Below are positions 1 through 9,014 of a DNA stretch of 64,000 nt, piece after piece; the first letter of the stretch is position 1; each line of letters opens with the position of its first letter. Under the pieces are notes generated by a model, which saw only the letters and a program-made list of their open reading frames with translations, did not search any database and had not been told where the DNA came from. This stretch comes from Candidatus Micrarchaeum sp. (GTDB lineage: Archaea > SpSt-1190 > DYHY01), in assembly GCA_020723935.1 (NCBI GenBank), contig DYHY01000004.1, positions 7,634 to 71,633 of the forward strand, written 5' to 3'. The position numbers and the translations under genes are program-made.

Positions 1-11
1 CCAACTTCTCG

Positions 12-461
12 ATGTCGGGCTGCAGCCAGGACCGCGACTGCGTCCTCGTCGACTCCGACCTCTTCCCGACCTGCTGCTGGTCCGGAGCCTGCGAGCCGGT
101 CGATTATTCGCTTGAGAAATGGATCTCCGTGAACCTGAGCTGGTTCTCCTCGATGCGCGACAGGCTCTGCCCATCCGTGGAGAAGTGCGGCGGGGCGCCG
201 AACTGCGACCCTAAGCCGACAAACGACGGCTTCAAGGCCAGGTGCGTCTCGGGCTCGTGCGAGAAAGCGCCGATAATCGGAAGCTACGTCGCCTGCGGCT
301 GCGGATGCTGCCCAGACGTCCTCCCGCTCCAAGAGTGCATCTACCATTCGGAGCTGGACAGCATCGAGAGGATAATCGAGCGCGACAGGCTCGCCGCCGC
401 AAGCGAGCAGTGCCCGACGACGGGCTGCTCGCGCGGGATGAACTACACCTTCTGCGACTGA
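12..461 (+). CDS. Cys-rich small protein, probably extending beyond window start
   Basis: Frame is open to nt 1. More than 20 Cys in CC / CGCGCC / CxxC clusters. No recognisable family. Confidence 0.3.
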   Translation: MSGCSQDRDCVLVDSDLFPTCCWSGACEPVDYSLEKWISVNLSWFSSMRDRLCPSVEKCGGAPNCDPKPTNDGFKARCVSGSCEKAPIIGSYVACGCGCCPDVLPLQECIYHSELDSIERIIERDRLAAASEQCPTTGCSRGMNYTFCD

Positions 462-482
462 CTGACGGGGGAAATCGGATTA

Positions 483-1916
483 CTACTGCGTCCCAAGGGC
501 CCCGCCGCCATTTCCTTCCTGCGCAAGGAACACCCGCGGAAGCAGGGGCGGCATCGCGCCTATCGACCGTTCCAGCGGCGAGCTCGGAAGCTCTCCGGTC
601 GGCACGCGGACGCGCCACCTCACATCCTCCGGGAAGTCGGGCAGCCGGGAAATCGCCCACGAAAGAAGGAGCATCAGCACAAGGGCCGCCGAGAAGACCG
701 CGGCGGATCCTGCGGGCGAGCGCTCCGCAGCCGAGATGCCGAGGAACGCGAGGAGGAAGAGGGCGGGGAGCAGCCCCGCCGCAAGGCCAGTCTTGTCGAA
801 GCCCCAGTTCTCCATCGGCGCGAAGAGCAGGAGGAGGGCCAGCACGCCCGCCGCCAGGGCGGGAGCGAGGGGCCGCGGGCCCAGGAGCGAGCCTGTGACC
901 GCCGCGGCCAAGAGAAGGAGCCCGAGGGCGCTTGCCAGGACTAGCGGGAGCCCGATGAAGGTTGGATAGGGATAGCCTGGGGTGCGCACGATCGTCCCGC
1001 CCTGGAAGTTCAGGAGGCCGTTGAAGGGGAAGCAGGCGGGGCCGAGGCACTGGAAATACATCGGGTCCGTCGGCGTCGGCCTCTGGCTTTCGTGGAAGAC
1101 GATAGACCCGAACGCGAGCTGATGGAAGAGCGCGAGCACAGCGACGAGGGGGGAGAATCCGGAAAGGAACCCCTTCGCCGCCGACGCGCCTCCCTTCTTT
1201 CCGAGGAAAAGGAGCGATGCGAACGCCGGCGCCAGGAACACGGCGTATTCGTGCCTCGTCGCAACGAGCGCCGCCGCGGCGACGCCCGCGAGGACGCCGC
1301 TTCCTCCGGCGGAAAGGCCGAAGAGGAGGAACGCCGAGGTCATCAAAAGGGCGGTCAGGTGGGGCCACAGGCCCGATATCCCGGGAAAGAGGAGGTTGGA
1401 GACCGAGAGGAACCCGAGGGCTCCGGCGAGGAGAAGGCGGGCCGGCCCTCCGCCAAAGAGCCTCATCGCCGCGCAGACGAACAGGCCGAACGCGAGGGCG
1501 GCGGAAATCCCGACGAAGATCCCGCTTCCCGCCCGGGCGGAGAAGAAAGAGAAGAGCGGTGCGAGCAGGAGGCCCGTCCCCTCGGGCTGGTCGTAGCGCC
1601 AGTTCACCGCAAGGCCCGTGCCCAGGAACAATCCCTCCTCGCCCGCAAGGTCGCCGGAGATCACGCGGGCGTTCCTGAAATCCGTGTCAAGGGGGTTGGG
1701 CGCATAGGCGCGAAAGACCAGGGCGAATATCGCGAGGAACGCGGCGATCGCCGCCGCATCACGCAGGGCGGGCCCCCTCAGGCCCCTGAAGATCCGGCGC
1801 CGGCCCCTGAAAAGGAGGATCCCCGCAAGGGGGACGAGGACGCACGCCGCGAAGAGGAGGGCGCTGTCTCGCGCGGACGCAAGATCCGCAAGCGTGAAGA
1901 AAGTGGCGGGCTGCAC
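483..1916 (-). CDS. polytopic integral membrane protein of unknown function
   Basis: 477 aa, Gly/Ala/Leu-rich with more than 10 hydrophobic helices. Overlapping Arg-rich ORFs are GC shadow frames. Confidence 0.5.
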   Translation of the reverse strand: MQPATFFTLADLASARDSALLFAACVLVPLAGILLFRGRRRIFRGLRGPALRDAAAIAAFLAIFALVFRAYAPNPLDTDFRNARVISGDLAGEEGLFLGTGLAVNWRYDQPEGTGLLLAPLFSFFSARAGSGIFVGISAALAFGLFVCAAMRLFGGGPARLLLAGALGFLSVSNLLFPGISGLWPHLTALLMTSAFLLFGLSAGGSGVLAGVAAAALVATRHEYAVFLAPAFASLLFLGKKGGASAAKGFLSGFSPLVAVLALFHQLAFGSIVFHESQRPTPTDPMYFQCLGPACFPFNGLLNFQGGTIVRTPGYPYPTFIGLPLVLASALGLLLLAAAVTGSLLGPRPLAPALAAGVLALLLLFAPMENWGFDKTGLAAGLLPALFLLAFLGISAAERSPAGSAAVFSAALVLMLLLSWAISRLPDFPEDVRWRVRVPTGELPSSPLERSIGAMPPLLPRVFLAQEGNGGGALGTQ

Positions 1917-2089
1917 TGGCCCAGCGCGCCGCCCGTGGCTTTAATTTGTTTGCGTGCACGCGGGGGATTTGGGGCGGGGCCGGCCGCATGCTATTCGTGT
2001 GGGACGGCGCGACTGGCCCCCTGATTTTTCCCGGCGGAGGGCCTGCGCGGCCCTCTCCGCCGGATTCTCCTCCCTAGGAGCCTAACACT

Positions 2090-2344
2090 TCACTCGTAGA
2101 GCTTGTCGAGGCCCTCGACGAAGTTCTTCCAGGATTCGTCGGACTGCGCGTCCGACTTCATCTTCTCGGCGAGGAACTTCACGACGAGATCCGCCTCCTG
2201 GTCGAGCATCTTCCCTGCGAGGGGCTCAAGCTTCTTCTTGATCTTCTCCTTTAGGAGCTCGAACTTGCTGCCTTCGCCGCGGCCAGCACGAAATCCGCGC
2301 GCCAGTCGCCGCCCTCTTCGCCCGAGCAACAGGAGCACCCGCAT
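2090..2344 (-). CDS. small Lys/Glu-rich protein; an upstream Cys/His/acidic repeat (HACGCGDEGECGCGEDDESCCGDEGECGC) lies in a different frame
   Basis: C-terminal 60 aa has protein-like composition. Upstream 24-nt DNA repeats encode CGCGDEGEC units that end at a TAA exactly where this frame begins, suggesting a frameshift. Confidence 0.3.
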   Translation of the reverse strand: MRVLLLLGRRGRRLARGFRAGRGEGSKFELLKEKIKKKLEPLAGKMLDQEADLVVKFLAEKMKSDAQSDESWKNFVEGLDKLYE

Positions 2345-2629
2345 TCGCCCTCGTCGCCGCAGCAGGATTCATCGTCTTCGCCGCAGCCGCATTCGCCCTC
2401 GTCGCCGCAGCCGCACGCATGTCCTTCTTCGTGTCCTTGTTTGTGTATCTCAAAATTACTTCTCCTTTTTTGGTCCGGGGACGGTATCTGGTATATAAAC
2501 TATACTGTGTCTCCCTGGAGGACGCTTTTTCGGCCGTCGGCGGGGGCTCCAGATGGCGCCGTCATCCGGACTTCAGGAGAGGTTCCCTTTGGGTTAGGAT
2601 TAAAACCGGGTTCCGGCGGGCTTCCTCCA

Positions 2630-3361
2630 ATGGAACCGCGGATTGTGGGGGTCGGAAAGGACGCTTCCGCCGAGAGGCTTCTCCTCGCCGGCCTGCGCTC
2701 GATAGGCCATTCCCCGGTGAAGAGGAATCCGGAGATCGTCGTCTCCCTCGGGGGCGACGGATCCCTCCTCAAGGCCGAGCGGCTCTATCCTGGCGTCCCG
2801 AAGCTCCCCGTGCGCGACAGGAGCATCTGCGAGAAGTGTGGGGACGGGAGGCTCGGCGCGCTCCTCAACGCCGCCCTCTCCGGGAAGCTCGCCGTGAAGG
2901 AATATGGGAAGCTGGAGGGGCGGGTGCTTCGGAAGGGAAGGCCGGTCTTTCGCGGGATGGCTGCAAACGACGTCGTCGTGCGAAACGACAAGCCCTACCA
3001 CGCACTCAGGTTCTCCCTGAGGATAAATTCAAGGCCCGTGGACGGGATAATGGTCGGCGACGGGATCGTGGTCTCAACGTCCTTCGGCTCCACGGGGTAC
3101 TTCCACTCCGTAACCGGGAGGCACTTCAAGGAGGGCCTCGTCGGCGTCGCGTTCAACAACCCGATGAGGGGCCGGGCGCCCGTGATCGGGAAGGCCCTTC
3201 GCGTGCGCCTGAAAATCGAGAGGAACCCCGCCGTCGTGTGCCTCGACAACGACAGGCGCATCTTCCTCGCAAGGGAGGGGGACGTCGTCGAGGCGAGGCC
3301 CTCGAAGGGGAAGCTGAGGATCCTGGGCGGCTGGACGTTCGGGAACGGGAAGGAACCCTAG
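2630..3361 (+). CDS. nadK: NAD(+) kinase
   Basis: GGDGSLL, NDVVV and DGIVVSTSFGSTGY motifs. Start taken at the internal Met (MEPRIVGVG) of track ORF 2441..3361. Confidence 0.85.
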   Translation: MEPRIVGVGKDASAERLLLAGLRSIGHSPVKRNPEIVVSLGGDGSLLKAERLYPGVPKLPVRDRSICEKCGDGRLGALLNAALSGKLAVKEYGKLEGRVLRKGRPVFRGMAANDVVVRNDKPYHALRFSLRINSRPVDGIMVGDGIVVSTSFGSTGYFHSVTGRHFKEGLVGVAFNNPMRGRAPVIGKALRVRLKIERNPAVVCLDNDRRIFLAREGDVVEARPSKGKLRILGGWTFGNGKEP

Positions 3362-3363
3362 GC

Positions 3364-3693
3364 TAGTCCGGAAAGGCGTCGCTCGTCCCGAGGCATTCCG
3401 AATACTTCGCGAAATTGTCGGCCATGTATTTGCGCCACTGCGCGTCCGTGTAGCCGGGAAGCTTGGCGCAATAGGCGGCGCCCCCGCCGGTGGCGGATGA
3501 GGGGCGCGCCTGCTGCTTCTGCTGCGGCGCTCCGTAGGCCAGGCTCCTGTAGGAAGCGCGATACCCTCTCCCCCAGGAAAGCGCCTCCGAGGGAACCGAG
3601 CATCAGGAGGAGGAGAACTGCTACTGCGCCCGCCTTCGTGAGCAGGTCCCGTCTCACTTTCTTTCCACCGTGCCTAGCCCAGGCATTCCGCAT
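3364..3693 (-). pseudogene. small secreted protein, frameshifted paralog of 3674..3904
   Basis: Signal-peptide-like N-terminus in one frame; C-terminus (CAKLPGYTDAQWRKYMADNFAKYSECLG) in the +1 frame aligns with the neighbouring gene. The shift falls at a GGGGG run. Confidence 0.4.
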
Positions 3694-3904
3694 ACCGGTC
3701 CGGGTGGTGGCCCATGTGCTGTCTCCACGCAGCGTCGGTGTACCCGGCGGGGGTGGCGCACTTGTCGAGGGGGTTCTGCGCCGCGAAAGTCCGCTGCGCT
3801 TGGGCTGCCGTGTAAAGGGGCTTGGGCGCCAGAATCCCCGAAAGCGTCCAGGCGAGCGTCCCGACCGCGAAAAGGAGCAAGACTACCAGGGCTGTCGCCT
3901 TCAT
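3674..3904 (-). CDS. small secreted protein with signal peptide
   Basis: MKATALVVLLLFAVGTLAW signal peptide, then conserved CATPAGYTDAAWRQHMGHHPDRYAECLG. GGAGG-like motif upstream of the internal Met. Confidence 0.5.
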   Translation of the reverse strand: MKATALVVLLLFAVGTLAWTLSGILAPKPLYTAAQAQRTFAAQNPLDKCATPAGYTDAAWRQHMGHHPDRYAECLG

Positions 3905-3993
3905 CGGGCCGCCGGAACTTCCCCCCCTCCCCTGCCGCCCGCCGTCTCCGTGTTCGCGCTCTTCCTTGCCCCTCCGCTCGTTCTCCATGTTTT

Positions 3994-4602
3994 TCATCCT
4001 CCATACCTCGCCACGTATCCTATAGCGAAAACAACCGAAATGAACGATATCGTCAGGACGACCCGCTTGGCGTACTCCAGGTCGCGCCCGAGAAGGAAGT
4101 CGAGGAAGCCGATGCCAGTCACCCTCACGCCAGCCCTCCGGACGTACGAGAGCATCATGAAGGTCCCTAGAACGTTTGAGAATATCGTAGCGAGGAGAAA
4201 CGCCGGCTGGTAGCGGAAGAAGAAGAAGCTCGTCAGGGTGGAGATTCCAATGAGGGGGACGTCGGTCAGGTGGTGCGCGCAGCGGGCGACCATCGACGCG
4301 CCCGAGACTCCTGCGGAGCCCGCGAGCGGGGACGCACCGACCGCGACGAGGCCTGAAGCGTAGGAATAGATCCAGAACTGGAAGGCGGGGAGGGCCGAGA
4401 TGACGAGGACGAAGGGCAGCATCTGCCTGAACTGGGCGACCGCGAGATCGAACGAGTTGAAGACGAGCATTATCGAGAAGTAGAGCGTGGGCATCGCTAC
4501 CAGGCCTGCCAGGGCCGCCAGGGCCGCCAGGGCCGCGAGGATGCGCCCGGATTTGCCGGCGGCCTCCACCTTTCCCGGGCCCGCTTTCGTCCCCGCTTCC
4601 AT
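3994..4602 (-). CDS. integral membrane protein (about 6 TM) of unknown function
   Basis: 202 aa hydrophobic ORF. Last gene of a three-gene minus-strand set with the TRASH and His-rich proteins. Confidence 0.45.
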   Translation of the reverse strand: MEAGTKAGPGKVEAAGKSGRILAALAALAALAGLVAMPTLYFSIMLVFNSFDLAVAQFRQMLPFVLVISALPAFQFWIYSYASGLVAVGASPLAGSAGVSGASMVARCAHHLTDVPLIGISTLTSFFFFRYQPAFLLATIFSNVLGTFMMLSYVRRAGVRVTGIGFLDFLLGRDLEYAKRVVLTISFISVVFAIGYVARYGG

Positions 4603-4603
4603 C

Positions 4604-4873
4604 TCAGTGCCGATGCCTCCCCGCGCCCTTCTTCTCCTCCTCCTTCTCCTCCTTCAGCCCCCCTTCCTCGCCGCCGTGGTCGTGGCTGTGGCGGCCCTTT
4701 CCCGAGAACATCATCCAGAGGTGGAGCGCGGCCATTCCGCTTATCAGAATCATCGAGGCCGTTCCGCCGGAGATCCTCACGCCCAAGAACGGCAGGGCGA
4801 CAACCGCAAGGAGCGGCGCTACGCAGGCGAAGACCATCCAGAAGCCGCTGTCGCCGTCCTTCAGGAATCCCAT
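4604..4873 (-). CDS. small membrane protein with His-rich C-terminal tail
   Basis: Two TM segments, then HSHDHGGEEGG...HRH. Immediately downstream of the TRASH gene. Confidence 0.45.
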   Translation of the reverse strand: MGFLKDGDSGFWMVFACVAPLLAVVALPFLGVRISGGTASMILISGMAALHLWMMFSGKGRHSHDHGGEEGGLKEEKEEEKKGAGRHRH

Positions 4874-5125
4874 CTAGTGGCAGCAGTCTCCTCCGGAGTG
4901 CCCGCGGGATTCCAGCTCGACCTTGCGCTCGAATTTCTCGAGGCAGTTCTTCGAGCAGAACCATTGGCCGTGGCGCTCCGTGGCGCTCCCTTCCTTCCTC
5001 TTCCTCCCGCATATCGGGTCCTTCTTCGTCTCGAACAGTCCGAACAGTTCCCTTCTACTCAGCTCCTTCTTTCCTTTCTCGCAATCTTGCCGGCCTTGCC
5101 CGCAGCCTCGTCCTCGCCGCAGCAA
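4874..5125 (-). CDS. TRASH/YHS-type metal-binding domain protein
   Basis: DPICGRK...WFCSKNCLEKFE matches the TRASH/YHS Cys pattern, like the CopA N-terminus at 15557. C-terminal GGDCCH. Confidence 0.6.
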   Translation of the reverse strand: MLRRGRGCGQGRQDCEKGKKELSRRELFGLFETKKDPICGRKRKEGSATERHGQWFCSKNCLEKFERKVELESRGHSGGDCCH

Positions 5126-5351
5126 GGTGATTCCGGGAACTTCCTGGCCGCTTCCGCCGCCTCGGGGTTCCTCCTGGCGAGATCCTCGAGCGTCACTTTT
5201 TCCCCGCCTCCCGGAGGAACCAGAAGAGCGCGTAGGCGTCGAGGGCGTCGGAGAAACAGTCCATCGCGGCCTTCCTGTCGCCCGCCCCGCCCCTCTTTAT
5301 CCCGACCTCAAGGAGGCGCATCGTTGTCCTGAGGAGGTGCTTTGAGACGCA

Positions 5352-5620
5352 TCACATCTCGCCGGAGGTGTTGCGCACTACTATCTGCTTCTGGTACTTG
5401 CTGCGAAGCTTCCTCACCGCGGAATAGGTGCCGCGGTAAGTGGGATCCTTGGTCTTGACGGCCGCGAAGGCGGGGTGCTCCTCGATTGACACGAGGTTCA
5501 TCACCGCGACCGATATCTCCTGCAGCGTCCCGAGGTCCGACTTTTGGAAGTCTTCGCGCCTTCTTTCGTTTCCGCAACCGTGTTGCCGTTATTGTTGCCC
5601 TTCTTCGTTCTTTTCGCCAT
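5352..5620 (-). CDS. small basic protein with interrupted reading frame
   Basis: MAKRTKKGNNNGNTVAETKEGAKTSKS in one frame; 60-aa protein-like tail (..MNLVSIEEHPAFAAVKTKDPTYRGTYSAVRKLRSKYQKQIVVRNTSGEM) in another. Weak S25e-like ending. Uncertain. Confidence 0.2.
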
Positions 5621-5626
5621 CTTGGA

Positions 5627-6044
5627 TCACATCAGCGCCATCGGCAGTATGTAGCCGCCGATCGCCAGCATCGCGAGGCCCGCGAGGAGCGAGACCGCCC
5701 GATGGCCCGCCTTCTCCGCGCGCTCGATGTTGTCGACGACTCGCCTGTTCGCGGCGATCGCGAGTATCGCTATGAGCGGCAGGACGAACATCATCGCGTT
5801 GTAGACCATCAGGTACATGAACCCCCGGGCGGGATTGCCTATGAGCAGCGACGTTATGGAGAAGTAGATGCCTGACGTGCAGCTGGAGGAGCAGATCCCC
5901 ACAAGGAGCCAAAGGAGGAAGGCCGCGGGGAGGGATGCCCTGCTCGCGAGCTTGACGAAGCGCCCCTTCTGGTATGAACATGGGCTTGAGCAGGAAGAGG
6001 AACGCGATGTAGGAGATTATCCCGACGGCTATCATGAGCGCCAT
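5627..6044 (-). pseudogene. small membrane protein with apparent +1 frameshift
   Basis: MALMIAVGIISYIAFLFLLKPMFIP (track ORF 5589..6044) continues as KGRFVKLASRAS...GGYILPMALM (track ORF 5627..5902) across a GGGG run. Confidence 0.4.
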
Positions 6045-6153
6045 CTTGGAGGGGGAGGTCTAGCTCCACGGCGGGAAGCCTGGCGGTGCCTGCCTGCCTC
6101 TTTTTTCCGGAATCCCGCTTTGTCACCCTTTTCATCCTCCCTCGCCGCGAGTT

Positions 6154-7332
6154 TTAAGCCTTCTTCAGCGCGGCCCTCAAATCTTCAAGCAGGTCTTCCT
6201 TCGTCTCGATCCCGACGGAGAGCCTGACGAGGCCCGGCTCGACTGCTATCTGCGAGCCCGCGGTCGACGCGTGCGTCATCGCGAGCGGCACCTCGATTAG
6301 GGACTCCACTCCCCCAAGGGACTCTGCGAGCGGGAAGAGCCGTGTGCCCTCCGCGAGCCTCCTGGCGGCCCGTGCCCCGCCCTTCATCACGACGGAGACC
6401 ATCCCGCCGCCGTTCCTCATCTGCCGCTCCGCGAGGGAGTGCTGCGGATGGGACGGGAGCCCGGGGTAGAGGACGCGGGAGACCTTTGGATGGCCTTCGA
6501 GGAGCTCGGCGATTGCGAGCGCGTTCTCGGCATGCCGCTCCATCCTGACCGCGAGCGTCTTCGTCCCGCGCAGGATGAGGAAGCAGTCCATCGGGCCCGG
6601 GACCGCGCCGATGGCGTTCTGCAGGAACTTCAGGCGGGAATACATCTTCTCGTCGTTTAGGAGGAGCGCGCCCCCAACGACGTCCGAGTGGCCACCCAGG
6701 TATTTCGTCGTCGAATGGACGACGATGTCCGCCCCCAAGGAAAGGGGCCGCTGCAGGTAGGGCGTCGCGAAGGTGCTGTCGACTGCGACCTGCGGCCTCG
6801 CCCGGGACTTGCGGGCCAGATCCGATATCTCGCGTACGTCGCAGAGCGCCATGCGGGGGTTGGTCGGCGTCTCGAGCCAGACTAACTTCGTGTTCGGCAG
6901 GATGGCTTGCGCGACCGCTCCGGAATCCGATCCGTCGACATATGTGAAAGAGAGCCCGTACTGGCGCAGGACGCGCTCGAAGAGCCGGTAGGTGCCGCCG
7001 TAGACGTCGTTGCACGCGACCACGTGGCCTTCGGGTCCTACCGTGCGGAGGACCGTGTCTATCGCCGCCATCCCGGAGGAGAACGCGAGGCTGTGGCGCG
7101 CGCCCTCGAGCGCCGCGAGGTTCTTCTGAAGAGCCGTCCGCGTCGGGTTGTCCGTGCGCGAATAGTCGTATCCCTTGTGCTTCCCTATTCTTTCTTGGGC
7201 GTAGGTGGAAGTCAGGTAGACCGGCGTCATCACGGCGCCTGTCGACGGGTCGGGCGGCTGGCCCGCCCTGACTGCGAGAGTCTCGAATCCCTGTTCCTTC
7301 CCTTTCAGAATGCCCTTGTTCACGTAGGTCAT
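6154..7332 (-). CDS. cystathionine gamma-synthase/gamma-lyase family PLP-dependent enzyme
   Basis: 392 aa with the Cys/Met-metabolism PLP fold. PLP-lysine motif VHSTTKYLGGHSDVVGG. Confidence 0.85.
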   Translation of the reverse strand: MTYVNKGILKGKEQGFETLAVRAGQPPDPSTGAVMTPVYLTSTYAQERIGKHKGYDYSRTDNPTRTALQKNLAALEGARHSLAFSSGMAAIDTVLRTVGPEGHVVACNDVYGGTYRLFERVLRQYGLSFTYVDGSDSGAVAQAILPNTKLVWLETPTNPRMALCDVREISDLARKSRARPQVAVDSTFATPYLQRPLSLGADIVVHSTTKYLGGHSDVVGGALLLNDEKMYSRLKFLQNAIGAVPGPMDCFLILRGTKTLAVRMERHAENALAIAELLEGHPKVSRVLYPGLPSHPQHSLAERQMRNGGGMVSVVMKGGARAARRLAEGTRLFPLAESLGGVESLIEVPLAMTHASTAGSQIAVEPGLVRLSVGIETKEDLLEDLRAALKKA

Positions 7333-8402
7333 GTCGTTCCCCTTCCAAGCGTCTTGCTCTTTTTCTTCTTTTTCTTCTTCTTCTTCTTCTTCTCCCGCTC
7401 TTGCTCCGCGCCCCTGTTGCCGCGGAAACGCAGGACATGGGCCGCCAAAACTATCACGAGCAGGAGGAGGGCGCCCCCTAGCACCTTAGGATAGGGCCCG
7501 GAGGAAGAGGAGAGCGCCCTGCCCTGCACCGAATAGAAGTACTGCTTGAGGTGGAGGAAATCCCAGGTGTTGACGACGGAAGTCCCCCTGAATACGACAA
7601 ACGACAGGCCGATGAGCGCGAGGAACGCGCCCGACACCAGGTTCGTCGTGTGCAGCAGCAGGTCCTTCCCGAACAGGCGGACGCGCACCTCTTTTCCCCT
7701 GATAAGCGGGCTCTTCGCGAGGCCTGTGGAATCGTAGAAGACAGACAGGATGAAGAGCGGGGCGAAGATGCCCAGGGAATACGCGCCCATAAGGAGGCTA
7801 GCGTAGAGGACGTTCCCGAGGAGCGCCGCGACGGAGAGAATCCCGCTCAGTATCGGCCCGACGCAGGCGGTCCAGCCCAGGGCGAAAAGGGTGCCGGAGA
7901 CGAAGACCCCCGCGACGCCGTCGCCGCCGGGAGCCGGGGCGGTTCTCGGCCGGATGAAGGAGGAGAATCCCTTGCCGAGGGCGGTCATGATTCCCATCGC
8001 CATCAGGACGAGCCCCGCCACGAGGACGAGCTCCGGCCTCTGGAGCTTCAGGAGCGATTGCTCGCCGACGAATCCGGCGACCGCGCCGAACGCCATGAAA
8101 ACCACCGCGACCCCTAGCGAGAACGCGAGGGTCATCTTCGTCACTTCCGTTTTGCCTCCCGGCCGGAAGGTGTAAGAGAAGTACGCGGGAAGGAGCGGGA
8201 GGACGCAGGGAGAGAGGAGTGTGAGGGCGCCGGCAAAGAACGCGATGAGGAAGGAGATCTTCGCCTGGAAGTCCCTGGCATAGCCCTGGTTATAGTCCTT
8301 TATCTTCTGGAGGGCCGGCGGGAGAGCCGATGCGTCCGCCGCGAGGGCGGGCGCCAGGAGGACGAGCGCCAGCAGCGCCCGGCCCAGATCCATCCTATCC
8401 AT
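7329..8402 (-). CDS. ccdA: cytochrome c-type biogenesis protein CcdA (DsbD-family) with 100-aa C-terminal extension ending in poly-Lys
   Basis: LSPCVLPLLPAYF and a second conserved Cys in the TM core. Extra TM helices. EKKKKKKKKKKK tail encoded by a (TTC)n run. Confidence 0.75.
   Translation of the reverse strand: MDRMDLGRALLALVLLAPALAADASALPPALQKIKDYNQGYARDFQAKISFLIAFFAGALTLLSPCVLPLLPAYFSYTFRPGGKTEVTKMTLAFSLGVAVVFMAFGAVAGFVGEQSLLKLQRPELVLVAGLVLMAMGIMTALGKGFSSFIRPRTAPAPGGDGVAGVFVSGTLFALGWTACVGPILSGILSVAALLGNVLYASLLMGAYSLGIFAPLFILSVFYDSTGLAKSPLIRGKEVRVRLFGKDLLLHTTNLVSGAFLALIGLSFVVFRGTSVVNTWDFLHLKQYFYSVQGRALSSSSGPYPKVLGGALLLLVIVLAAHVLRFRGNRGAEQEREKKKKKKKKKKKSKTLGRGTT
7358..7393. repeat. (TTC)n microsatellite encoding the poly-Lys tail of CcdA
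   Basis: ctttttcttctttttcttcttcttcttcttcttc on the plus strand. Confidence 0.8.
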
Positions 8403-8406
8403 CCTA

Positions 8407-8991
8407 TCAGTTCACCGCCAAGGTTCCCCTCATCAAGCTGTGCCCGGAGCCGCAGGGGCGGTTGCAGAAGAATGCGAAACGCCCCTGCCTGTCCGCGGTG
8501 AACTCGACGACGACCGGCGCGTCCCCGGGGGAGAAGGACTGCGTCGCAACCCCATAGTCGGGAAGGGTGGGGCCGTGCGTCCCCGACGTGCTTGTTAGAA
8601 CGAGCCTAACGCGGTCTCCCTGGCTCACGGTTGTGGTCGACGAGTTCCAGCCGAAGGAGTATGCCTCGACCTTTATCTCCTTCATGGGCGCCTGGCCCGC
8701 CGTCGAGGAGGTGGGCGAGCTGGAGGATGAAGAGGAGGGGGATGAAGAGGAGAGGGATGAAGAGGAAGGGGATGAAGAGGAGGGGGATGAAGAGCCCTGC
8801 GAGCTTGATGTCGAACTGGATGGACTTCCTGAGCCAGCCGAAGGCATCCCCGCGTCCTGCGCTGGCCCCGTCACGCATCCCGCGACCAGGACCGCCGCCG
8901 CCAGCAGAACGGCCGCCACAACCGCAAAGGAGGCGGCCGTCTCGGGCATAGCCTTCCCGATGTTTCCCCTGAATCCCGATGCGTATCCCAT
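8407..8991 (-). CDS. cupredoxin-like (CuA-type Cys/His/Met motif) lipoprotein with Ser-rich linker
   Basis: Lipobox LVAGC after a hydrophobic signal. About 45 aa of SSSP-type linker. C-terminal FFCNRPCGSGHSLMRG resembles the CuA CxxxCGxxHxxM motif. Confidence 0.6.
   Translation of the reverse strand: MGYASGFRGNIGKAMPETAASFAVVAAVLLAAAVLVAGCVTGPAQDAGMPSAGSGSPSSSTSSSQGSSSPSSSSPSSSSLSSSSPSSSSSSSPTSSTAGQAPMKEIKVEAYSFGWNSSTTTVSQGDRVRLVLTSTSGTHGPTLPDYGVATQSFSPGDAPVVVEFTADRQGRFAFFCNRPCGSGHSLMRGTLAVN
8690..8810. repeat. 12-nt tandem coding repeats (ggatgaagagga-like) encoding the Ser-rich linker
   Basis: Five near-identical units. Antisense reading gives the EDEEEGDEEE artefact ORF 8567..9220. Confidence 0.7.
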
Positions 8992-9014
8992 TTCCGTCCT
9001 TTCATCCTCCCGTT

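Noticed and set aside
232-1368. Long Arg/Pro/Gly-rich ORFs throughout the window (for example 232..1368-, 1092..2024+, 6185..7438-, 17053..18390+, 27982..29049-, 56592..57290+, 59962..62592+)
   Set aside because: They lie antisense or out of frame to well-supported genes and have the Arg/Pro/Ala-rich composition of shadow frames in high-GC DNA.
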